Made by a program: the position numbers and the translations under genes. Of a stretch of 32,000 nt of DNA, positions 10,777 through 20,244 are shown one piece after another. Each line of letters opens with the position of its first letter. The first letter of the stretch is position 1. Source of the stretch: Mesoplasma florum L1 (lineage in GTDB: Bacteria > Bacillota_I > Bacilli_A > Mycoplasmatales > Mycoplasmataceae). The notes beneath the pieces were generated by a model. It made no database searches. It worked only from the letters and a program-made list of their open reading frames with translations, and was not told where the DNA came from. Location: positions 330,001 to 362,000 of the forward strand of contig NC_006055.1 in the NCBI RefSeq assembly GCF_000008305.1, given 5' to 3'.

Positions 10777-12228
10777 ATGAAAAAAATTGAAATAAATAAT
10801 TTTAGATCAATTGAAAAAGCAATAATGAATTTTGGTGAAATAAATTTTTTTATAGGAGATAATAACACTGGTAAAAGTTCTACTCTAAAATTGATTGAGG
10901 CATTAATGCAAAATAGTCATTTGAATTTTCAAAATACTTTTTTATACAGTGAACAAATTGAAAATTTAAAATACAATATTAAAGAACCATTAGAAGTATT
11001 ATATAAAGTAAACTTTGAAAGTGAAAAACAGAAAGAAAAAAATGAGATAATAGAGAATTTTGAATATTTAAAAATAGATTCGATTAATAATTTTGATTAT
11101 CCTTTAATAAAAACTTTAATAGTGCCTTTTTTTGACGAAGATTTTAACAATAATGAACAAAAAAAATTTGAATTTGTAAAATTTGATATTGATTATGAAT
11201 TTAAAGACTATAGACCTGTAATAAAACAATTAGATATAAGCATAAAATATTTATCTTTAATTGAATATAAAAATATAATAAAAAAATTAAAAATAAAAAA
11301 CTTGCTAAATTTAGATTTTGAAATAAAAAAATCAATAAATTTTGATGTAAATCAAAAAAATACTAAATCAAAAAAGGATTTTTATTTCTATTCTATTAAT
11401 TTTTTAACTAGAATATTAAATAATTCAAATAAAAGTGTTGAATTTCGAATAGATATATTATTTGACATTTATCAGCTAATAAAAAAGGAAAATTCCACAA
11501 AAATTAAAGAAGTTCATGGATTATCAAGAATTTTTGGAACAAAAAAAACTAAATATATAGACCCATTAAGACCTATTTTAAAAGATATCTATTTTAAAAA
11601 TGAAATTGATAAAGAAGAAAAACTTCAATTTGTTAGAAAATTAAATGTAAACAATAGTGATTTAAGAATAATTTCTAAATTTTTGAAAAAGTCAAAAATG
11701 CTAGAAAATTTAGATATAGCAAAAATTAAAGCTAAAGAGTTTTCAAGTGAAGCATATAAATTATCATATAAAAAATACAATAAACAAAATATACCAATTT
11801 CAATTTCTGGGACAGGAATTTCACAAATTATTCCGATACTTTTTGCAATTTTAGAAAAAAGAAATGACAAAATTTTCATAGAACAACCTGAAGTTCATTT
11901 ACATCCAAGAGCACAAGCAGAATTTGGAACTTTTATCTCAGACTACATCAATAATTATAGTCAGAAATCAACTTTTAAAAATAACAAAATTTTATTAAAA
12001 AAACAATTTTTTATTGAAACTCATTCTTTATACATGATAAATAGATTTAGAAATGAAATTAAAAATAATAAACTTTGTGATGATAATTCAAGAATTACAT
12101 TTTTTAAAAATACTTCAAAAAAAACTATTATAGAAAGTATAAAGTTTAATGAATTTGGTGAATTTGACGGTAAAATAGATAATTTTCTTAAATTTTTTGT
12201 TGATGAAAATATAAAGAATCTTAGTTAA
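10777..12228 (+). CDS. ABC/SMC-like AAA ATPase (AAA_15/AAA_21, DUF3696-like), candidate defence ATPase
   Basis: Intact 483-aa ORF with no Trp. Walker A GDNNTGKSS, signature-like SGTGISQ, Walker B region KIFIEQPEVHLHP, H-loop IETHS. Starts 13 nt after the infB stop. Confidence 0.8.
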   Translation: MKKIEINNFRSIEKAIMNFGEINFFIGDNNTGKSSTLKLIEALMQNSHLNFQNTFLYSEQIENLKYNIKEPLEVLYKVNFESEKQKEKNEIIENFEYLKIDSINNFDYPLIKTLIVPFFDEDFNNNEQKKFEFVKFDIDYEFKDYRPVIKQLDISIKYLSLIEYKNIIKKLKIKNLLNLDFEIKKSINFDVNQKNTKSKKDFYFYSINFLTRILNNSNKSVEFRIDILFDIYQLIKKENSTKIKEVHGLSRIFGTKKTKYIDPLRPILKDIYFKNEIDKEEKLQFVRKLNVNNSDLRIISKFLKKSKMLENLDIAKIKAKEFSSEAYKLSYKKYNKQNIPISISGTGISQIIPILFAILEKRNDKIFIEQPEVHLHPRAQAEFGTFISDYINNYSQKSTFKNNKILLKKQFFIETHSLYMINRFRNEIKNNKLCDDNSRITFFKNTSKKTIIESIKFNEFGEFDGKIDNFLKFFVDENIKNLS

Positions 12229-12230
12229 TA

Positions 12231-12785
12231 ATGAAAGAAATAAAAAATATAATAGTCGATACTAATTTGATGATCGATATTTTAACTGTAAGAGAAAAAC
12301 CTGTTATTTCTGACTATTCTAAAAATCAACTTTTGACTTTTTTTAAAAAAGGCAAAAATTTTAAGTTAATTATAGCAGGCAAAAAAATGTTAAACGAATT
12401 AACGGGAGAAGAATATAAAGGCAAAAAACAAAATTTATTAGAGTTATTAATGTTAATATCAGCAACTTCTGAAGCTATAAAAATTGAAATAAGAAATGAC
12501 CAAGCAATTGATGAATTAATTTATAAATTTGTTCTTAGTGATAAATGAGACGGAAGAAAAGATGATCCAAATTCGGTTGCAACAAGAATGCCAGCTGATC
12601 CACACATGATATATGTTAGCTACTATTTTGATGTTAAATATATTATGACAAGGGATAAAGATTTTGCAAAAAAAGTTAATTCAAAATATTTACAATATTT
12701 TCCAGATAAATTTTTTTCTCCCGAAGTTATATGTAAATGTTATTGAGAAGATAAGGAATTTGATATTAATTTACTTATTAAATAA
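12231..12785 (+). CDS. PIN-like domain protein (about 184 aa, code 4), candidate nuclease partner of the ATPase
   Basis: Starts 2 nt after the ATPase stop. ORF 12231 continues in frame through 2 TGA codons to TAA at 12783-12785. N-terminal IVDTNLMIDIL and C-terminal ADPHMIYVSYYFDVKYIMTRDKDF resemble the first and last acidic PIN motifs. Confidence 0.55.
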
Positions 12786-12912
12786 AATATGTTTTATATA
12801 AGAGATTATATTGACAAATAAATTGGTTAAATTAAATTTTAAAAAATTCAAATAGCTTACTTAACTTAATTATTTTTTAAATGTAAATTAATTTAAAAAG
12901 GAGAGCTTTAAA

Positions 12913-14802
12913 ATGATAATTTATAAAAATATTAAATCAGGGTTTATTAAAGATGTAGAACAAGGGCTTATAGTAGAAATATTGCAAGAAAAAGTAGATA
13001 GTCTTTTAAAGAGAAAAACAAACATCGCTGAACTAAATAGTTGAAATAATTCACTTAAAGAAATGGCAATAGTTTTGTATGATCAAAATATACCAAGCGA
13101 CTCAGGTATTGCTTTAGAATATAATATTTCTAGAACATCTAAAAGAATAGATTTTATTATAAGTGGAAAAAATAAAGATTTTAAAAAAATAATAATAGTT
13201 GAGTTGAAACAATGACAAGAATGTAAAAAAGTAGAAAATAGTAATACAGTAGTTGAGACTTTTATAGCAGGGAATATTAGAGAAACTGTTCATCCTTCAT
13301 ATCAAGCTTTTTCTTATTCAACTCTTTTAAAAGATTTTACAAAAATTATTCAAAATGATAAAAAAATCAAAATTGAAAGTTGTGCTTATTTACATAACTA
13401 TAAATTGGATAAGGCACCTGATATATTAGCTGATCAATATAAAATATTTTTTGAAAAAAGCCCAGTTTTTTTAAAAGGTGAAATTGAAAAATTTAGAAAC
13501 TTTATTAAAAAAAATATAACTTCAGGAGACAAATGTGAACTTATTCAAAAAATTGATGAAAGTCCTATATCACCAGGAAAGTCAATTCAAGATTTTTTAA
13601 AGGAAATTATCGATGGAAAAGATGTTTTTACATTGATTGATGAACAAAGAACATCATATGAAAAATGCATTCAGATAATTGATGAATATAGAAAAACAAA
13701 GGACAAAAAGGTAATAATAATCCCTGGAGGACCTGGAACAGGTAAAACTGTTATAGCTTTAAGAATTCTTTCTGCTTGTATTCAAAAAGGTTTAAATTCA
13801 ATATATGTTTCCAAAAATGAAAGTTTAAGAAATGGATATAAAAAAATAATTCTTGAAAATGACGTTGAAAAAACATATTCAAGAGCAAGAATAGACAATA
13901 TCTTCTATGGTAGTGCCAAATTTTCCAATCTAACAAAAGATAATTTTGATTGCACGGTTGTTGATGAAGCACATAGATTAATTGAGAGACATCAGTGAAC
14001 GCCTAAAGGAAAAGGATATAACAATCAAATTCAAGAAATAATTTGTGAGTCTAAAGTTTCTATATTTTTTGTTGATGAAAAACAAATAGTTACAACGCAG
14101 GATATTGGAACAATAAAAGAAATAAAAAGATGTGCTTTAAAAGAAGGCATTTTAAGTGAGAACATATTACTATTGGAACCTTTAAAGTCTCAATTTAGAT
14201 CATCTGGAGCCGATGATTATATTGATTTTGTCGATAACATTCTATATGATGAAAACAAAAACGTATTAAACTTTACAAATAATTTCAATTTTAAAGTCTT
14301 TGATAATATAGAAAAAATGTATCAAGAATTGTTAGAAAAAAATACTAAAAATAATGCAAGATTATTAGCAGGTTATTGCTGAAACTGAGTTTCTAAAAAA
14401 AATACTGAAAAAAATGATATTAAAATAAATAACTTTGAAATAAAATGAAATCTTGCAAATGATAAATATTATATGTTCAATAAAGATTCTATATCTCAAG
14501 CAGGTTGCATACATACATCACAAGGTTTGGAAAAAGAATACATTGGTGTTATTATAGGGCCCGACATGATTTATAGAAATAATAAAGTAACTGTCGATTA
14601 TTCAAAAAAAGCCAAAACTGATACTAGTCTAAAAGGAATCGGAAAATTAAGTCAAATGGAAAAACATGAGATAGCAGATAAAATTATAAAAAATACTTAT
14701 AGAGTTTTATTAACAAGAGCTACAAAAGGTTGTTTTGTTTATTGTTGTGATAAAAAACTTGGAACATATATATCAAATAAACTAAATGAATTAATTAAAT
14801 AA
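12913..14802 (+). CDS. DUF2075-type SF1 helicase/ATPase with N-terminal PD-(D/E)xK-like nuclease domain (about 629 aa, code 4)
   Basis: The ATG at 12913 and ORFs 13405, 14173 and 14473 share one frame, joined by TGA. Nuclease-like RIDFIISG...IIIVELKQW; Walker A GGPGTGKT; Walker B VVDEAHRL; then FFVDEKQIV, GYCWNW and GCIHTSQGLEKEYIGVII...YRVLLTRATKG. Confidence 0.8.
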
Positions 14803-14833
14803 AGTAGTAAAATTAATAATAAGAGGTTTTTAA

Positions 14834-15490
14834 ATGTTAAAAGATAAGACTAATTTTATTAATAAATTAAAAATACAAGAGCAACTTAAAGTAGAGTTGC
14901 TTTTTCTTTATGAACGCTTTTCAAATAAAACTATTAATTTAATTAATAAGTTATCATTTGAAATACAAAATATCAAAAACAATATTAATCAATTCACGGA
15001 TACTGATTTTTCATCAAATTTATATAACGAATTTAAACTAAAAGTTTTAATGAATCAAGATATTATTGAAAACAAAATAGAATTAATTGATGAAAGCTTC
15101 AAAGAAATTGATTTAAAAAAGCTTGAACAGTTAATGAATGAAATCATTTACAAATTAAATGAAAATTACATTTTAACTATTAAAAAATGAAAACAATTTA
15201 TATTAAACAAATATGAAATTGATTTTGAATCAATTGAAATCAATTTTTCTGAAAACAAAAATAAGTTTGAAGACTTTTCACGTAAAAATATATTAGGCTC
15301 TAATTCAAACGTTGACTTCTGACCTTATGAAATACTAGGAATTAGTTTAAATGCTTCAGACATGCAAATAAAACAAGCTTATAAAGCATTAGCTAAGAAG
15401 TATCATCCAGATAATAACAAAGACCCTGAAGCAGAAGAAATGATGAAATTGATAAATAAAGCATATAATATATTAAGAGGAAAAGAATAA
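14834..15490 (+). CDS. coiled-coil protein with C-terminal J-domain (about 218 aa, code 4)
   Basis: ORF 14834 continues through 2 TGA codons to TAA at 15488-15490. The C-terminus [51 protein letters not shown] is a canonical J-domain with an HPD motif. Confidence 0.8.
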
Positions 15491-15499
15491 TGAAAAGTA
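15478..15499 (+). repeat. 22-nt direct repeat, copy 1 (AGGAAAAGAATAATGAAAAGTA) spanning the start of the first membrane-protein gene
   Basis: Exact match to 16411..16432, read directly from the sequence. Confidence 0.7.
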
Positions 15500-16398
15500 C
15501 AATAAAAAAAATATTAAAATTTAGTCTATTATTAATTATTATTTGATCAATCTGAATAGTAATTTTTCTTTTTTCGATTTTAATTGAAATTAAATTTAAT
15601 TTACAATATTTTTCTTTATTATTTAAAGAAGAAAAAGATTTTTTATTAATTTTATTAGTTTCAACTTTGTGCTTATCTTTATTTACATTATTTTTAATTG
15701 AAAGTATTAAAATTGCTTTAGTTACAAAAAGTACTATATTTTATAAAAACTTTAATAAAAAAATAAAAGCTTATTCCTTTTTTAGAAATGGAGAAAAGGA
15801 ATTAATTAATAAGTATAATAGTTGATTAAAATTAAAAAAAGTTAAATCTAATTTTGAAGAAAATAATTTATTTATTATATCATTTTTTGGTTTAGTAATT
15901 TGCTATATTTTTCCAATTTTATTAATTATTTTTACACTAATATTTGCAGATTTAAATACTTTTATTTCAAAATTGTCTATTTCATTTTTAAGTCTTAGTC
16001 AACTTATATTACCTATATTTAAACTTTGAAATAAGTTTGATTTTAGTTCTTGGAATTCTTTAAGATTAAAAATTTCAAAAGCTATAGACGATGATAAGGA
16101 AATTAGAATAATTCACAATAATAAAAAAAACTTATTAATTCTGAATATAGTTACTGTTGATGATTTCAAAAAAACAAGAAATGAAATTCAAGTTTTAGAT
16201 GAATACATTAAAATAAAAGGCAAAGAAACAGCAATTTATAAAAATAAAAAAGAATGACTTGAATTTCAAATAGATATTAATTTGAAATTTATAAAATTCA
16301 CAGATAATTATTTTGATGAAACAATTGAAACTTTTTTAACTTACATAAGAAAAAATAAAATTATATTTAAAAACTTTTTAAAATATGCAAAAATATAA
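15490..16398 (+). CDS. hypothetical membrane protein, about 4 predicted TM segments plus soluble C-terminal domain (about 302 aa, code 4)
   Basis: The ATG overlaps the upstream TAA by 1 nt. The frame is open to TAA at 16396-16398 with 5 TGA codons. Hydrophobic stretches include LLLIIIWSIWIVIFLFSIL, LLILLVSTLCLSLFTLFLI and FIISFFGLVICYIFPILLIIFTLIF. The standard-code track misses it. Confidence 0.6.
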
Positions 16399-16410
16399 AA
16401 TTAAAATAAA

Positions 16411-16432
16411 AGGAAAAGAATAATGAAAAGTA
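16411..16432 (+). repeat. 22-nt direct repeat, copy 2, spanning the start of the second membrane-protein gene
   Basis: Exact match to 15478..15499. Confidence 0.7.
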
Positions 16433-17208
16433 AAATAAGAAAATTAAAATTATCAATAGGTTTTTTATTAGGTTTTGAAGCATTAATCATATTAGCAATG
16501 GTTATACTATCATTTAAATGATCATGATTAATCTTTTTAACAGCTGGAGTTGGATATATATTATTTGTATTACATAATTTAGTATTTGTAATTAGAAGAA
16601 AAGTTATTATAAAGAAATTTAATAATACAATTAAAGAAAATTTAATATTTAAGTCATACATAGAAAAAAGAAATTATATTCATAACTTTTTAATATTTTA
16701 TACATCATTTTTTATATTAGTATTTGTAACTATTGCAACAATAGTATTTTTATTTGTAACTGATACAGATAATAGTATTGCACTAGATTTATTAAGTTTA
16801 ATTTCTGCTGCTTTAGTAATAGTTTCTCCATTTTTAGGAGCATTTTATAAAAAGATAACAAACATAACACAAACTGAAGGTGATATGAAAAATGATGCGC
16901 TTAGAAAAGATATCAAATATGTAATAACAGGTAATACAAGTTTAAATAAGGCAATTAATGATATAAACTTAAATACTAAAACAATTGAACTATTAAAAAA
17001 TGAAAAAGAGATTAATTCACAAAAAATAGTAAAAAGATTAAATAATCGTATTAACAATATTAATGAACAAATTTCATTATTTGAAGTGTATTTATTATTT
17101 GAGGCTTTCTTAAAAGAAATCGATGAAAAGGCTAAAATTAAAGAATTTAAAAACAATATTTTAACTAAAAAGAACTTATCTGAAATAGTAGTTATTTTAA
17201 ATAAATAA
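16423..17208 (+). CDS. hypothetical membrane protein, same architecture as the upstream gene, coiled-coil C-terminus (about 261 aa, code 4)
   Basis: The ATG at 16423 is in frame with track ORF 16885..17208 via 2 TGA codons. N-terminus MKSKIRKLKLSIGFLLGFEALIILAMVILSF. Shares a 22-nt start-region repeat with the upstream gene. Confidence 0.6.
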
Positions 17209-17226
17209 AAGAAGGGAAAAACTATC

Positions 17227-17946
17227 ATGAGCAATAGAGTGAATGACAAAATAAAAATGTCAGAACAAGAAATTAAGTATAGAGATTTAAAAATTCAAAA
17301 ATACGTTATTAAAGATATTTTGCAAAAAGTTGTGAAAACTGGTTTTGACAAAACAAATCTTTATTTTGTTTCTCTTGGCTCTAAAGCAAGACAAGCATAT
17401 AAATTTGTGATGTTTACTAAACAATGAGTAAGTTCTATTATTAAAGATGTTGAGTTACTACCAATAAAAGAAAAATATAAAATTAAAGCTATAAAAAAAC
17501 TAATTAAATTAGAAAACTTTGAAATAGTTAAAGAAAAAAGATTAAAAACATATGAAATAGATCAAAAATATTTAGATTTAGTAATTCAAAAATTGCTATC
17601 AAAGAATAAATTAATAGCAATTAGAAAACTTAAGAAAAAACTTTTTATTTTAACTGATAATCGTAAAAAACAATATACTAATAATTTGAATGTTTTAAAT
17701 ACTATTAATTTTAAAACAGTAGAAGATCAAAAGAAGATGTATCAAAATTTATGAGATAAAGAAGTTAAAGAATATTTAAATGAAAGAGAAATAGCTTTAA
17801 CTAGACTAAAAGACCCTAAAAGATACAATTTCTTAAATGATTATTATAAAAAAGATCCTAAGAATACATTATTAAAAGATTTTAAACCAGATAAAGAAAA
17901 ATATGATATTTTTAAATCAATCATTAAAGGTGAGATAAATGTTTAG
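17227..17946 (+). CDS. hypothetical Lys-rich protein (about 239 aa, code 4)
   Basis: ORF 17227 continues through 2 TGA codons to TAG at 17944-17946 and overlaps the rsmE start by 8 nt. I recognise no domain. Confidence 0.5.
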
Positions 17947-18655
17947 ATATTTTGTTGAAATTAAAAAAGATAATAATTTTTTTATTATTAATAATAACGA
18001 TGTACATCATATAAAAAATGTTGTAAAACTTAAAAATGATGAAATTATTGAGTGTGTTTATGAAAAAGAAGTTTATCAAACTAAAATTATTGATTTAACT
18101 ATTGAAAATAATGTAATTGTTGAAATTATTAATAAAGTAGAAACAACAATAAGCAATGTTAAAAAAGTTTTAATAGCTGGAGTTTTAAGAGAACAAAAAT
18201 GAGATTATTTATTACAAAAATCAACAGAACTTGGAGTTGATGAAATAATACCAGTTATTTTTAAGAGAAATGTAGTTAAAATTGATGAAAAAAAGATTGA
18301 TCAAAAACTGCAAAGATGACAAGCAATTTGTGACACAGCTGCTAAACAAGCAAAAAGGACAACAATCCCTGTTGTTAATAATTTAATAACTAATCTAAAA
18401 GATTTAAAAAACAATTTATGTGATTTAAATCTTGTGGCTTGAGAAAAAGAAAAAAATATTGAACTTAAAACATATTTAACACAAGACTTTAATTCAATTA
18501 GTTTCATTATTGGGTGTGAAGGTGGAATTGAAGTTAGTGAAATTAAAATTCTGCACGAAATAGGTTTTAAGAATGTTAGTCTAGGAACTAATATATTAAG
18601 AGCTGAAACAGCACCAACTTATGTATTAAGTAGTTTAATTTATGAAAATAAATAA
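17939..18655 (+). CDS. rsmE: 16S rRNA (uracil1498-N3)-methyltransferase RsmE (about 238 aa, code 4)
   Basis: ORF 17939 continues in frame through 3 TGA codons. The C-terminal IGCEGGIEVSEI...LGTNILRAETAP is the RsmE SPOUT signature. Confidence 0.85.
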
Positions 18656-18698
18656 TCTTAGTATTTAAATTAAAAGTCAATAAGTATATAATTATAAC

Positions 18699-18748
18699 GT
18701 GTCTGGCACCGCCTTTCCTTAATTATCAATTATATTTTAGCCAGACAC
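18699..18748 (+). other. 9-bp perfect inverted repeat (GTGTCTGGC ... GCCAGACAC) with about 32-nt spacer; candidate structured RNA or protein-binding site
   Basis: Read directly from the sequence. It is preceded by a TATAAT-like box (about 18686-18697) and abuts the terminator at 18749. Confidence 0.4.
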
Positions 18749-18772
18749 ATCACCCTAACCGGTGATTTTTTT
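18749..18772 (+). terminator. Rho-independent terminator
   Basis: ATCACC-ctaacc-GGTGAT followed by T7, downstream of rsmE. Confidence 0.7.
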
Positions 18773-18811
18773 ATGTTTAAAAGAAGGTGCGCTGTTTTTA
18801 AAAAATAAAAC

Positions 18812-18820
18812 TGTTATAAT
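18812..18820 (+). promoter_or_regulatory. extended -10 promoter TGTTATAAT for the methyltransferase / DUF262 operon
   Basis: TGnTATAAT about 29 nt upstream of the ATG at 18849, with an AAAAGGGG RBS in between. Confidence 0.45.
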
Positions 18821-18848
18821 AATTTTATGCAAATAAAAAGGGGTATTC

Positions 18849-20216
18849 ATGGAAAAAATAAAAGTTTTCGAAACGTTTTCAGGTATAGGTGCTCAACATA
18901 AAGCTTTAGATATTTTAAAACAAAATAATTATATAAATTATGAAGTTGTTGGAACGAGCGAATGAGATATATGAGCCAATATAGCGTATAATGCAATTCA
19001 TAATAAAAATATAGATCATACAAAAAATATTAGTGAGAAAGAGATTAATGACTTTTTAATTAAATTTACACATTCAAGAGATTCAAAAACTCCGCTTACA
19101 AATGAACAAGTAATCAAATTACCGATAATAATAAAACAAAATTTATATAACTCTATTAAAAATTCAAACAATTTAGGAAGTATAGTTGGCGTTACTGGCA
19201 ATATGATATCATCTCAAGTAGGTAAGATAGATTTATTAACTTATTCATTTCCATGCCAAGATTTATCTACTGCAGGAAGCTTTCATGGGAAAAATCAAGG
19301 AATGAAAAAAAATAGTGGAACAAGATCAGGTCTTTTATGAGAAATTGAAAGAATATTAAAAGAACTTAAAGCAAAAAAAGAATTACCAAAATATTTGCTT
19401 TTAGAAAATGTTAATAACATGATTTCGGAAAGACATAAAGATGATTACTTAATGTGATTAGATTTTTTAAATTCAATTGGATATAATACTCAAACTTACG
19501 TATTAGAAGCAAACAAATATGGTTGCCCACAAAATCGTAAAAGAGTTTTTGCGTTGAGCGTTAGAAAAGATGTAACTAAAGAATTTAAGGATACTTTTTT
19601 AGAAAGTAAAAGAACAAGCATTAAAGAAGAAAAAACACCATTTGATATTTCTAAAGAAATAGGCATATATAAAAAAACACATGAATTGCTGAGAGAGGAT
19701 TATTCAATAGAAAAATACAAAAATGAAGCAATAAATGCAATTCCTAATAGAACTGATAGTAGAAAAAGAATTTTTTTAAATAATAAAATGCTTTCAACAC
19801 AGGAAAATACAAATATTGAAAAACATTCTAAAAATATATATATCCAAAATGGAAAAACGTATTCAAATTTTTCTTCAACTATAACAACTAAACAAGATAG
19901 AGATCCTAATGGCGGAATCATAAACTTAAAAGGTACAGATTTGCAAAATAGATATAATGAAAAAAAACAAATTAGGAAAGCAAATTTTAGACTTTTAACG
20001 CCTAGAGAGTGTTATATGTTAATGGGTTTTTCAGAGAATGATTTTGATAAAGTTTTATCAAAAGCTGAGCAAATTAATTTTAGTGTAAGTGTAAGAAAAA
20101 AAACTTTTACTGACAGTATACTTTACAGACAAAGCGGGAACAGTATATCTGTCAATGTTTTAACTTCTATTTTTAAAGTAATTGCAGATATAGAAAATAA
20201 AACATTTAAAGGATAA
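18849..20216 (+). CDS. DNA (cytosine-5)-methyltransferase (about 455 aa, code 4)
   Basis: Motif I FETFSGIGAQ, IV SFPCQDLS, VI LLENV, VIII QNRKRVF, IX RLLTPRECYMLMGF, X QSGNSISVNVL. The ATG at 18849 is in frame with track ORF 19554..20216 via TGA codons. Confidence 0.92.
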
Positions 20217-20244
20217 AAAGATATAATTTTAAAAAAGGGGTAAT

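Noticed and set aside
18695-18775. tRNA, SRP (4.5S) RNA or riboswitch identity for the structured intergenic element
   Set aside because: It has no cloverleaf or GTTCRA T-loop, and no SRP domain-IV GNRA or symmetric-loop motif on either strand. It is too short for known riboswitch classes. I kept it only as an unclassified candidate.
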